This document shows positions 18,921 to 27,312 of a stretch of DNA of 64,000 bases, piece after piece; within the stretch, counting starts at the first letter, position 1; each line of letters starts with the position of its first letter. The notes beneath the pieces are model-generated. The model worked only from the letters and a program-made list of their open reading frames with translations. It was not told where the DNA came from and did no database searches. The DNA is from a virus. A program made the position numbers and the translations under genes. The DNA lies in the IMG/VR virus record IMGVR_UViG_3300025647_000019, positions 29,965 through 93,964 of that record, one strand, 5' to 3'.

Positions 18921-19930
18921 AAAAACGAAGAATAGTTCTAATAGACTATTACAATCTCTTTATAAGAAATTGGCAAGTTTGCCCTTTGACTGATGAAAAT
19001 GAAGAGCATTTTGGGGCAGTCGTTGGTAGTTTAAATTCTATTAAATCCTTTATCAAGAAAACAAATCCCACTGATGTATTCGTTATAACAGACGGGGAAA
19101 ATGCTGCATTACGTAGAAAAATGATGATGAAGGAATATAAAGCTAATAGAAAAAAGGAATGGGCCCGAGGAGCTTGTCGGGCCTATGACTTTTTAAATGA
19201 ACAAGATCAAAAAGACAATTGGACATTTCAGAAAAGAAGACTAGATGAATATCTTTCTGTCTTGCCTATAAAAACTATTTCGATTCCATATCTTGAAGCA
19301 GATGATGTTATAGCTCAAATTTCTAATGTAATGAATAATGAGGAAACTCAAATAGTAATTTATTCATCAGACGCTGATTATCAACAGCTAATAAATGAAA
19401 ATGTTTTTTGTTATAATCCCATCACAAAAAAATTATTGAATGAAGAGAAATTTTTTAAGAAACACGGCATCCCGCCATATAATTATATCTATCTAAAGTG
19501 CATCCAAGGGGACGCTTCAGATAATGTTACAGGAATAAAAGGAATTGGTCCTAAAACTCTAATAAAAATGGTACCGGAAATAGTTGATACAAGAATAGAT
19601 TCAATTCAAGATTTTTTAGAAATATGTCAACATGCAATTGATAGTGGATCTAAAGTCTATACAAAATCAATGCTGAATAAATTCAAATTATTGATAGAAA
19701 ATGAAAGTAAATTACAATTAAATTATAATATAATGCAATTATCAGATGTTGATATTTCTCAGCAATCTAAGGATTTAATAAATCGGGTTATTGAAGAAGA
19801 TGTTACACCCTTTAGTAAAACTAAATTAAGAGCTATGTTTTATAATGATGGAATGTATAATAACGTAAAATATCTCACTGATTGGTCAACTATGTTTAGT
19901 AAATTAACATTATATGGGAGAAATAAATGA
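18917..19930 (+). CDS. 5'-3' exonuclease / flap endonuclease (T4 RNase H-like)
   Basis: YKANR, EADDVIA, SSDADYQQL, GDASDNVTGIKGIGPKT. Confidence 0.93.
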   Translation: MKKRRIVLIDYYNLFIRNWQVCPLTDENEEHFGAVVGSLNSIKSFIKKTNPTDVFVITDGENAALRRKMMMKEYKANRKKEWARGACRAYDFLNEQDQKDNWTFQKRRLDEYLSVLPIKTISIPYLEADDVIAQISNVMNNEETQIVIYSSDADYQQLINENVFCYNPITKKLLNEEKFFKKHGIPPYNYIYLKCIQGDASDNVTGIKGIGPKTLIKMVPEIVDTRIDSIQDFLEICQHAIDSGSKVYTKSMLNKFKLLIENESKLQLNYNIMQLSDVDISQQSKDLINRVIEEDVTPFSKTKLRAMFYNDGMYNNVKYLTDWSTMFSKLTLYGRNK

Positions 19931-20793
19931 AAAATAAAATCTTAGTTTTTTTAAATAGTTATGACGGGGGAACTTTTTTGGGTATGTTGATATTAATAAT
20001 TTGTCTTTTGTTTTATCATAACTGTTCAGCTCAAGAAATATCAGGGGATCTTTCAATCTTGGGAAATATTGATGTTACAAATAAAAGCGAAGATCCAAAT
20101 TCCCATTTACAATATTTTGGGGGAACATTAGATTCCGATAATGCTTTTGTTTCAGCTTCAATGGACAGTACTGAAACTTTAAAATTACGAGAAGCTTATA
20201 TTAAGTTTAATTATGACGGATTATTAATTCATATCGGTAAAGTTGCTGTTCCATTTGGTTATATGAATTTGGATGATCCGTCAACTAGCGTATTTATTTT
20301 GTATCCTCGAAAAGATTATCGTGACTATGGTTTACATTTATCTACTATGTATGATATAGTAAAGTTTGAAGGGGCATATATTGATCACGCCAATTATAGC
20401 ATTAAATCAAAATTAATATTATTGGGCGGGGGAGAAGTTATATCGATAAGTTATGCAAATAGTGAATATTTGAAGGAGTTAATACTTAATAATGAATTTT
20501 ATTTTTCCTCCCTATTATTCAATATGTCGAATGTATTAGAATGGTGTCCAGATAATGGTGATTTTTGGATCAGATCAGTATTTGCCCCGGGCATATTTGA
20601 TGTCTTAGGTTTAACATTAGGATATTATCATTTAGATTATATTGAACAAACATTACAAGATTATGATTTAACTGGTGATGCTTGGACTTATGGATGTTAT
20701 TTGGATTTTTCAACCCATGCAACTGTATCAACAGAATGGGTCTTTGGTGAAAGTATTAATAAACCAACAGTTAAACTTGTTGCAAAATTTTAA
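19927..20793 (+). CDS. Putative outer-membrane beta-barrel / porin-like protein
   Basis: Signal peptide (..CSA|QE), LREAYI...IGK..VPFG motif of OprO/P-like porins, alternating beta-strand pattern, C-terminal Phe. Confidence 0.55.
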   Translation: MKNKILVFLNSYDGGTFLGMLILIICLLFYHNCSAQEISGDLSILGNIDVTNKSEDPNSHLQYFGGTLDSDNAFVSASMDSTETLKLREAYIKFNYDGLLIHIGKVAVPFGYMNLDDPSTSVFILYPRKDYRDYGLHLSTMYDIVKFEGAYIDHANYSIKSKLILLGGGEVISISYANSEYLKELILNNEFYFSSLLFNMSNVLEWCPDNGDFWIRSVFAPGIFDVLGLTLGYYHLDYIEQTLQDYDLTGDAWTYGCYLDFSTHATVSTEWVFGESINKPTVKLVAKF

Positions 20794-20802
20794 GAGGTAA
20801 AA

Positions 20803-22248
20803 ATGACCAGTTTTGAAAAGTTTGGAGAAAACTTTCAATCTAAAATTATATATCATTTGGTAACTGATTCTGATTTCGCTATTCAAGTTCTGGAGATTCT
20901 AAAGCCAGAATTTTTTAGTCAAGAAAACCATAGAACCATAGCTCAATTAATTATGAGATGGAATGAAAAATATGGAACAATACCTTCTTTCGAAAATCTA
21001 AGAACTCTGTTAGCAAAATTATATAAAGAAGATGAAATTTTATCCGAATATATGACTTCGTTAGTTTCTGATATTGAGTTTAAAACCAACTTACTTGATA
21101 AAGCTCATGTTATAGATGAAACAGTGGAATTTTGTAAGCAACAAGCATTTAGAAATGCTATTTTTGAATCCGTTGAATTAGTTAAAAAAGAAAAATACGA
21201 TGAGATTTATTCTATCTTTCAAAAAGCAATGGTTGCAGGAGAAAAGAAAAATATTGGTCACGATTATTTCCACGATATGAATAAAAGAGTTATGGAAAGA
21301 AGATTTCCTATAGCTACAGGGTTCCAAATGCTAGATCCAGTTATTTCCGGTGGATTATCGGGAGGAGAATTGGGTCTTATTTTAGCAGGAACTGGTATTG
21401 GTAAATCTATGATTTTAGTTCATCTTGCTGCTGAAGCATATAAGCAAGGTAAAAAAGTTCTTTACTATACTTTAGAACTATCAGAAAAAATAGTAGGACT
21501 TAGAATTGATTCAAAGATTGCAGGAATTCCTTTATCAAGTTTATTAACAGATATTGATGGTGGATTGAGAAACAGAATCAAAAATGAAATCACTAAAGAA
21601 AGAAACAAACATCAGATTAAACCAGAATTAATAATCAAGAATTTTCCAACTAAAACAGCTTCAATTCAAACATTAAATAATCATTTACGAATGCTAGAAA
21701 ATAAGGGTTTTATTCCTGATATTATTTTTGTTGATTATGTTGATCTTCTTAGACCAACTAATAGATATGGGGATAAAAGATTTGAGCTTGAAAGCTTAAC
21801 TGAAGAATTAAGAGGGATGGCTGGAACTAGAGATATTCCTTTATGGTCAGCTTCTCAAACAAATAGAGAAGGCTGGGATACTTCAATAGTGGGATTAAAA
21901 ACAATTTCAGAATCAGCAGCAAAAGCATTCGTTGCAGATTTAGTTATATCAATTGGTCGATCACAAGCTCTTGTTGATGAGGGAAGAGCTTGCTATTATA
22001 TTGCAAAGAGTAGATTGGGTCCCGATAAACTTCCCTTTACGGGAGAATTTGATACTTCATTAGTCAATTTTACAATTGATTCGGAAGGTTTTGATGAAGA
22101 AGAATTAAGAGAACAAGATCGTAGATTTGCAATGAATAGAGCAGTTGAAAGGGTTCAAAGTCAAGCCCCAACTGAAACTTCAAACAATAATTTAAATGAG
22201 ATCTTAAGAACATTGGATATGAATATAAGTAATGGAGATACAGAATGA
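20803..22248 (+). CDS. Replicative DnaB-like helicase (gp41-like)
   Basis: Walker A AGTGIGKS, YTLEL, VDYVDL, WSASQTNR, KSRLG. Confidence 0.95.
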   Translation: MTSFEKFGENFQSKIIYHLVTDSDFAIQVLEILKPEFFSQENHRTIAQLIMRWNEKYGTIPSFENLRTLLAKLYKEDEILSEYMTSLVSDIEFKTNLLDKAHVIDETVEFCKQQAFRNAIFESVELVKKEKYDEIYSIFQKAMVAGEKKNIGHDYFHDMNKRVMERRFPIATGFQMLDPVISGGLSGGELGLILAGTGIGKSMILVHLAAEAYKQGKKVLYYTLELSEKIVGLRIDSKIAGIPLSSLLTDIDGGLRNRIKNEITKERNKHQIKPELIIKNFPTKTASIQTLNNHLRMLENKGFIPDIIFVDYVDLLRPTNRYGDKRFELESLTEELRGMAGTRDIPLWSASQTNREGWDTSIVGLKTISESAAKAFVADLVISIGRSQALVDEGRACYYIAKSRLGPDKLPFTGEFDTSLVNFTIDSEGFDEEELREQDRRFAMNRAVERVQSQAPTETSNNNLNEILRTLDMNISNGDTE

Positions 22249-24104
22249 AAAATCTTTCAAATGAAATACTCTCTGATATTACAGTTCACATGAAATATGC
22301 AAAATATGTGAGAGAAGAGAACAGACGAGAAACTTGGGAAGAGCTTGTGGATAGAAATAAGAAAATGCATCTTAAGAAATTTCCAGAACTTAAGGAGCAA
22401 ATTGATTGGGCATATGAATTTGTTTATGATAAAAAGGTTGTGCCATCAATGAGGTCAATGCAGTTCGCAGGAAAGCCAATTGAAATTTCACCTAACAGAC
22501 TTTTCAATTGTGCATACACACCCATGGATGATTGGAGAGCATTCCATGAAATCATGTTTCTTTTGTTAGGTGGTAGCGGGGTAGGATTTTCTGTTCAGAA
22601 TCATCACATTGAACAACTTCCAGAAATTAGGAAACCGAATAAGAATCGCAATCGCAGATATCTTATTGGAGATTCAATTGAAGGTTGGGCAGACGCAGTT
22701 AAAGCATTGATGAAGTCTTATTTTTTTGGTGGGTCAAATCTTAAGTTTGACTTTTCTGATATTAGACCAAAGGGTGCAGAACTTGTGACCTCTGGGGGTA
22801 AAGCTCCAGGTCCACAACCACTAAAAGAATGTTTGGTTAAAATTAAAGGAATGTTGGAGGAAAAGGAAAATGGTGACCAACTCACATCAATCGAAGTCCA
22901 CGATATTGTGTGTCATATTGCAGATGCAGTTCTTGCTGGAGGGATCAGGAGAGCGGCACTTATATCATTATTCTCCGCAGATGACGGGGACATGCTATCG
23001 GCTAAAGCTGGGCACTGGTGGGAACACAATCCGCAAAGAGGTCGTGCCAACAACTCTGCCGTCTTGGCCAGATCGAAAATTACTAGAGAATTTTTTATGG
23101 ACTTGGGAGAAAGAATCGAAGCGTCAAATGCTGGAGAACCCGGAGTATTTTTCACAAATGACAAAGATGTTGGAACAAATCCCTGCTGTGAAATCTCCCT
23201 CAAGGCTAATCAGTTTTGTAACCTTACCGAAGTCAATGTATCAAACGTGGTATCACAAGAAGATCTTAATGACAGAGTAAGAGCGGCAACAATAATTGGA
23301 ACACTCCAAGCAACATACACAGACTTCCATTATCTCCGTCCAGTGTGGCAACGCACAACAGAGAAGGAAGCATTGCTTGGCGTGTCCTTAACTGGAATTG
23401 CCAGTAAAAGAATTTTTGACTTTGATCTCAAAGAAGCCGCAAAAAAGGCAAAAATGCTAAATGAGCAATTGTCCGCTGAATTGGGAATCAATCCAGCGGC
23501 AAGAATAACATGTGTCAAACCATCTGGAACCAGTTCACTTGTATTGGGAACCAGTTCTGGAATTCATGCTTGGCATTCACCATATTACATTCGCAGAATT
23601 CGTGTTGGAAAGAATGAAGCAATTTATTCATATCTGTCTGAACATCACCCAGAACTCGTTGAAGATGAATACTTCAGCCCACATGATACGGCAGTTATTC
23701 AGGTTCCACAAAAAGCACCAGCAGAAGCTATCTATAGGACTGAATCTCCTATTGACTTGCTTGAGAGAATAAAATATATCAATAGAAATTGGATTCAACC
23801 CGGCCATAGAAATGGTATGAATAAACACAATATTTCTGCAACCATTTCAATCAAACCTGAAGAATGGATTGAAGTCTTCAATTGGATGTGGGATAATCGT
23901 GATTGTTATAATGGAATTTCTCTGTTGCCTTATGATGGTGGATCTTACATCCAAGCACCATTTGAAGAATGTACAGAAGAAAAATATAATGAGATGTTCG
24001 ATTCACTCACAAAAGTAAACTTAAAGAGTATAATTGAACACACAGACAATACAGACCTTAAGGGTGAAGTTGCCTGTTCAGGGGGAGCGTGTGAGATTGT
24101 ATGA
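22245..24104 (+). CDS. nrdJ: Class II (adenosylcobalamin) ribonucleotide reductase
   Basis: RRETWEE, PSMR, NCA, GGIRRAA, TNPCCEI, FCNL, VKPSGT, C-terminal ACSGGACEI. Confidence 0.95.
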   Translation: MKNLSNEILSDITVHMKYAKYVREENRRETWEELVDRNKKMHLKKFPELKEQIDWAYEFVYDKKVVPSMRSMQFAGKPIEISPNRLFNCAYTPMDDWRAFHEIMFLLLGGSGVGFSVQNHHIEQLPEIRKPNKNRNRRYLIGDSIEGWADAVKALMKSYFFGGSNLKFDFSDIRPKGAELVTSGGKAPGPQPLKECLVKIKGMLEEKENGDQLTSIEVHDIVCHIADAVLAGGIRRAALISLFSADDGDMLSAKAGHWWEHNPQRGRANNSAVLARSKITREFFMDLGERIEASNAGEPGVFFTNDKDVGTNPCCEISLKANQFCNLTEVNVSNVVSQEDLNDRVRAATIIGTLQATYTDFHYLRPVWQRTTEKEALLGVSLTGIASKRIFDFDLKEAAKKAKMLNEQLSAELGINPAARITCVKPSGTSSLVLGTSSGIHAWHSPYYIRRIRVGKNEAIYSYLSEHHPELVEDEYFSPHDTAVIQVPQKAPAEAIYRTESPIDLLERIKYINRNWIQPGHRNGMNKHNISATISIKPEEWIEVFNWMWDNRDCYNGISLLPYDGGSYIQAPFEECTEEKYNEMFDSLTKVNLKSIIEHTDNTDLKGEVACSGGACEIV

Positions 24105-24574
24105 TATTTGATTTACCAAAAAACATGTTTCAACACATGACAAAGGTTGATACAAAAATCGATGATTCATTTTTTATTATTGATTCAATAGACAAGCAAA
24201 TAGCAAAAGCAATAGATGAAGAATTTTTGAACTTAATCGAAAGAGAGGAAAATAATATGGGAATGTACAGAAAGAAACCAGTCATTGTTGAAGCAATTCA
24301 ATGGACTGGTGAGAATAAAGAAGAAATTATTGGTTTCGTTGATGGAAATGGATTTTTTGATCATAATGATCTTGTGATCAAAACCCTTGAAGGGAAACTC
24401 ATATCAAAACCCGGGGATTATATAATCAAAGGTATTGATGGAGAATTTTATCCATGTAAAGAAAAAATATTCAATGAAACATACGAACGTGCCCATGGAT
24501 ATGAAATGGATATAACTGATGATTTCTTATCCCACGATTATAATATGGATACAAAACCGTTTCGAAGCAGATGA
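24101..24574 (+). CDS. Conserved phage protein (YRKKPV.VEAIQW / TLEG / GDYII domain)
   Basis: Recognisable common phage domain in the C-terminal half. Confidence 0.65.
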   Translation: MIFDLPKNMFQHMTKVDTKIDDSFFIIDSIDKQIAKAIDEEFLNLIEREENNMGMYRKKPVIVEAIQWTGENKEEIIGFVDGNGFFDHNDLVIKTLEGKLISKPGDYIIKGIDGEFYPCKEKIFNETYERAHGYEMDITDDFLSHDYNMDTKPFRSR

Positions 24575-24614
24575 CAAATAATTGATTAAGATTGGTTCAA
24601 TCTAAGGAGTTATT

Positions 24615-24815
24615 ATGGGAAAACAAAAAAGTGCAAATGAAATAAGAAATAACAAAGCAAAAAAAAGAGCCTCTAAAAAAAGAAAATATGCAAAACAACA
24701 TAAAGAAAAGCTAAGAGCTAAAATGAACCAAAGAAGGGATTTTATTGAACAACTCCAAAATGAATATGTAAAGGAAATGGTGAAACGTTATGAAGAGAGC
24801 CAAAAAGAAAATTAA
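24615..24815 (+). CDS. Small basic hypothetical protein
   Basis: AAGGAG RBS; Lys/Arg-rich. Confidence 0.5.
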   Translation: MGKQKSANEIRNNKAKKRASKKRKYAKQHKEKLRAKMNQRRDFIEQLQNEYVKEMVKRYEESQKEN

Positions 24816-25221
24816 AAGGAAACCGGTAAGATATCTTCGTAGAATAAAACCTGGTTATGTTAGAGAAGTTGTTACTTTAACCGAACAACTTAATACTGGT
24901 GATATTTTGGAATTTCAATATGGGCGTAAACAAAAACCAGGTCAAGTTGGCGGCTGGAAAAATGATCCTAAACCAAAGCTTTTAGTTTTTTATGATGATA
25001 AGATAAAATATATCGAAGGAATAAATACTAATTACCTGAGCGATTGGTATTTAATGAGACTGAATAATATTTTAAAGAAATACCCAGGGATTAATGGCGA
25101 AGAGCTTTATGATATAGTTATGAGGAGTACCAAAGGTGCTGTTCAAAAAGGCTATAGAAAATATATCAGAGCAAGTGTTAAGAATCCCTTGAAGCATATT
25201 TATAAAGTCGAAGGGGATTAA
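24790..25221 (+). CDS. Possible DNA end-protector protein (T4 gp2-like)
   Basis: F.Y...DPKP.LLV....GINTNYL resembles the gp2 core. Confidence 0.4.
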   Translation: MKRAKKKIKRKPVRYLRRIKPGYVREVVTLTEQLNTGDILEFQYGRKQKPGQVGGWKNDPKPKLLVFYDDKIKYIEGINTNYLSDWYLMRLNNILKKYPGINGEELYDIVMRSTKGAVQKGYRKYIRASVKNPLKHIYKVEGD

Positions 25222-25226
25222 ACGAT

Positions 25227-26021
25227 ATGAACGATATGAACGAAATAACGTCAACATATATTTTATTTGGTAAATTAAAAATTGGATCTGAATTTAGAAT
25301 GTTTAATGATCCTGATAATGCCATTCTTATTAAAACTGGAAATAAAACATATAGAACAAGTAAATCAAAAGTTACATACACTCTTGATCCAAAAACAAAA
25401 GTGCAATCTATGGGGGCAAAGGGATATAAATTTGATGAATCTTTTAATATACATTATCCATCACTTAAAAAGCTAGTCGATTTACAATACGATGATCCCC
25501 GCACGAAAGACAGCTGTACAATTGTCGCTGAAAAATGCGGAAAGCTAAGAAAAGAAAATGGAGAAGTTATTGAGGGATCATATATTATGTATGAGGATTC
25601 TGAAATGAAAGGCAAATTTATCGCAGTTCATGTTTCAGATGCTATCAATGAAGAATCTGGAGAATCCGAAGTAAATGTTATCGCTATTGGTAATAAGAAA
25701 TCTGTTCGTGAAAGAATGGGGTATAGGATTCGTAGAAATAAAAATCTTGAAGAGGGATTTAAACCTTATTTAGAAATACAATTAAATAATAAATTAAATG
25801 AAGTAAAAATTAACAAACAAAAAGTTCAAAATGCAACTGAATATGCAAACAATTATGACTTTAAAAAATCTAGAAATTTTATAGGGATGTTACAGGGATA
25901 CGGAATAAGCACAGAACCTGGATATGAATATACAATTGATGATGCAATTGATAATTTTGATGAAAAAGATAAACAAATGTTTGTTAAAGATATGAAAAAA
26001 TTTGGTTTTAAAGTAACTTAA
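25227..26021 (+). CDS. Hypothetical protein (possible head protein, several xxE motifs)
   Basis: ORF; AINEE, NLEE and KLNE motifs. Confidence 0.45.
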   Translation: MNDMNEITSTYILFGKLKIGSEFRMFNDPDNAILIKTGNKTYRTSKSKVTYTLDPKTKVQSMGAKGYKFDESFNIHYPSLKKLVDLQYDDPRTKDSCTIVAEKCGKLRKENGEVIEGSYIMYEDSEMKGKFIAVHVSDAINEESGESEVNVIAIGNKKSVRERMGYRIRRNKNLEEGFKPYLEIQLNNKLNEVKINKQKVQNATEYANNYDFKKSRNFIGMLQGYGISTEPGYEYTIDDAIDNFDEKDKQMFVKDMKKFGFKVT

Positions 26022-26068
26022 AATATAGAACGATTAACCACATCCAGAGAGATGTAGATCGGAAAAAA

Positions 26069-26239
26069 ATGAAATACTATTGTGAGAAGTGTAAGGGATC
26101 TTACACTATTCCAGTAGGGGATAAACTAATCGAAAAAAATGATATTTGTAAATGTGGTGAGAAAGCTAAAAACTTTCAAATTACAGACAATATCATTTTT
26201 TTTAAGTTCCCCGAAAATATGATGCTAATTAGGGGTTAA
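26069..26239 (+). CDS. Small zinc-ribbon protein (56 aa, not in ORF track)
   Basis: MKYYCEKC...ICKCG, translated by hand. Confidence 0.5.
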   Translation: MKYYCEKCKGSYTIPVGDKLIEKNDICKCGEKAKNFQITDNIIFFKFPENMMLIRG

Positions 26240-26242
26240 TAA

Positions 26243-26271
26243 TTTACTTTAATAGGTTTTTGTAATATAAT
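26243..26271 (+). promoter_or_regulatory. sigma70-like promoter TTTACT-17-TATAAT
   Basis: Exact spacing; upstream of dNMP kinase. Confidence 0.75.
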
Positions 26272-26296
26272 AGTTGAAACTAACTAGGAGGTTTTA

Positions 26297-26836
26297 ATGA
26301 TCATTCATATGGAAGGCCCAGATCGTTGTGGTAAAACCACAATTGCAAAATATTTGGCCAAGGTTTATAATCTAGAATATTGGCGATATAGTAATGTAGA
26401 TGAAACATTAAGAAGAAATCCCGATCACTGGAAATATATTCTACGATATTATTATTCTGAAATTCCTGAATTTGCTAAAATGCTAGAAAATCAAGGTAGT
26501 GGTTTAATTTTAGATCGAAACTATATCACTGAATGGGTTTATTCTAAATTATTTAAAAGAGATACATATCCCATTATTTTGGCTGACCTAGAAAGCCAAT
26601 ATGCAGAATTAGGAGCAGTTACCATTTATTGTACTAAAAAGAAATATGATGATTTTGAAGATGAGTTTGTAACAAAAAATCAGATTGATGAAATAAAAGA
26701 ACTCTATGAAAATTATTTTTTGATCTTTTCTAAAATGCCGGTTCTTTGGTTAGATACAACTAATGAGGATTTAGAAAAACAATTAGAAATTATTGATGAA
26801 TTTTTAAAGGAGAATGTTAATGTGGATGAAAATTAA
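26297..26836 (+). CDS. Deoxynucleoside monophosphate / thymidylate kinase
   Basis: EGPDRCGKTT P-loop, ILDR..TE.VYS. Confidence 0.85.
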   Translation: MIIHMEGPDRCGKTTIAKYLAKVYNLEYWRYSNVDETLRRNPDHWKYILRYYYSEIPEFAKMLENQGSGLILDRNYITEWVYSKLFKRDTYPIILADLESQYAELGAVTIYCTKKKYDDFEDEFVTKNQIDEIKELYENYFLIFSKMPVLWLDTTNEDLEKQLEIIDEFLKENVNVDEN

Positions 26837-27242
26837 AAAATTAAATGGACGAGCAAAATTACCAACAAGAGCCCATTCAACTGATGCTGGTATGGATGTA
26901 TATTCAATGAACAATGTTGTTATTGCTCCCGAGGGTGATTACTTATTTCCTCTTGGATGGGCTTGTGAAATACCAAGAAATTGGGCATTAATTGTAAAAG
27001 AAAAATCCGGTAGGGCTGTTAAAGATAAATTAGATGTTGGTGCATGTGTAATTGATTCGGGGTATCGTGGAGAAGTTCATGTTCACTTATTTAATAATTC
27101 AAAAATTCCCGTTGAAATAAAAGAAGGTGAAAAAATTGCACAGATGCTTTTGGTTCCTTGTTGGTGTGGGACTCCAGAAGAAGTTGATGAACTTGATAAT
27201 ACTCCTAGGGGTTCAGGGGGGTTTGGATCTACTGGATTATAG
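26820..27242 (+). CDS. dut: Trimeric dUTPase
   Basis: AGMD, KSG, VIDSGYRGE, KIAQ, RGSGGFGSTG. Confidence 0.95.
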   Translation: MWMKIKKLNGRAKLPTRAHSTDAGMDVYSMNNVVIAPEGDYLFPLGWACEIPRNWALIVKEKSGRAVKDKLDVGACVIDSGYRGEVHVHLFNNSKIPVEIKEGEKIAQMLLVPCWCGTPEEVDELDNTPRGSGGFGSTGL

Positions 27243-27251
27243 AACAAATTG

Positions 27252-27280
27252 TTTACATTTGTTGATAAGTGGTGTATAAT
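27252..27280 (+). promoter_or_regulatory. sigma70-like promoter TTTACA-17-TATAAT
   Basis: Exact spacing; upstream of PolB. Confidence 0.75.
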
Positions 27281-27312
27281 TGTATTATATACCATTTTTA
27301 TTAGGAGAGGTT

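Noticed and set aside
25221-25247. AACGATATG short tandem repeat
   Set aside because: About 2.5 copies at a gene start; likely slippage, no functional evidence.
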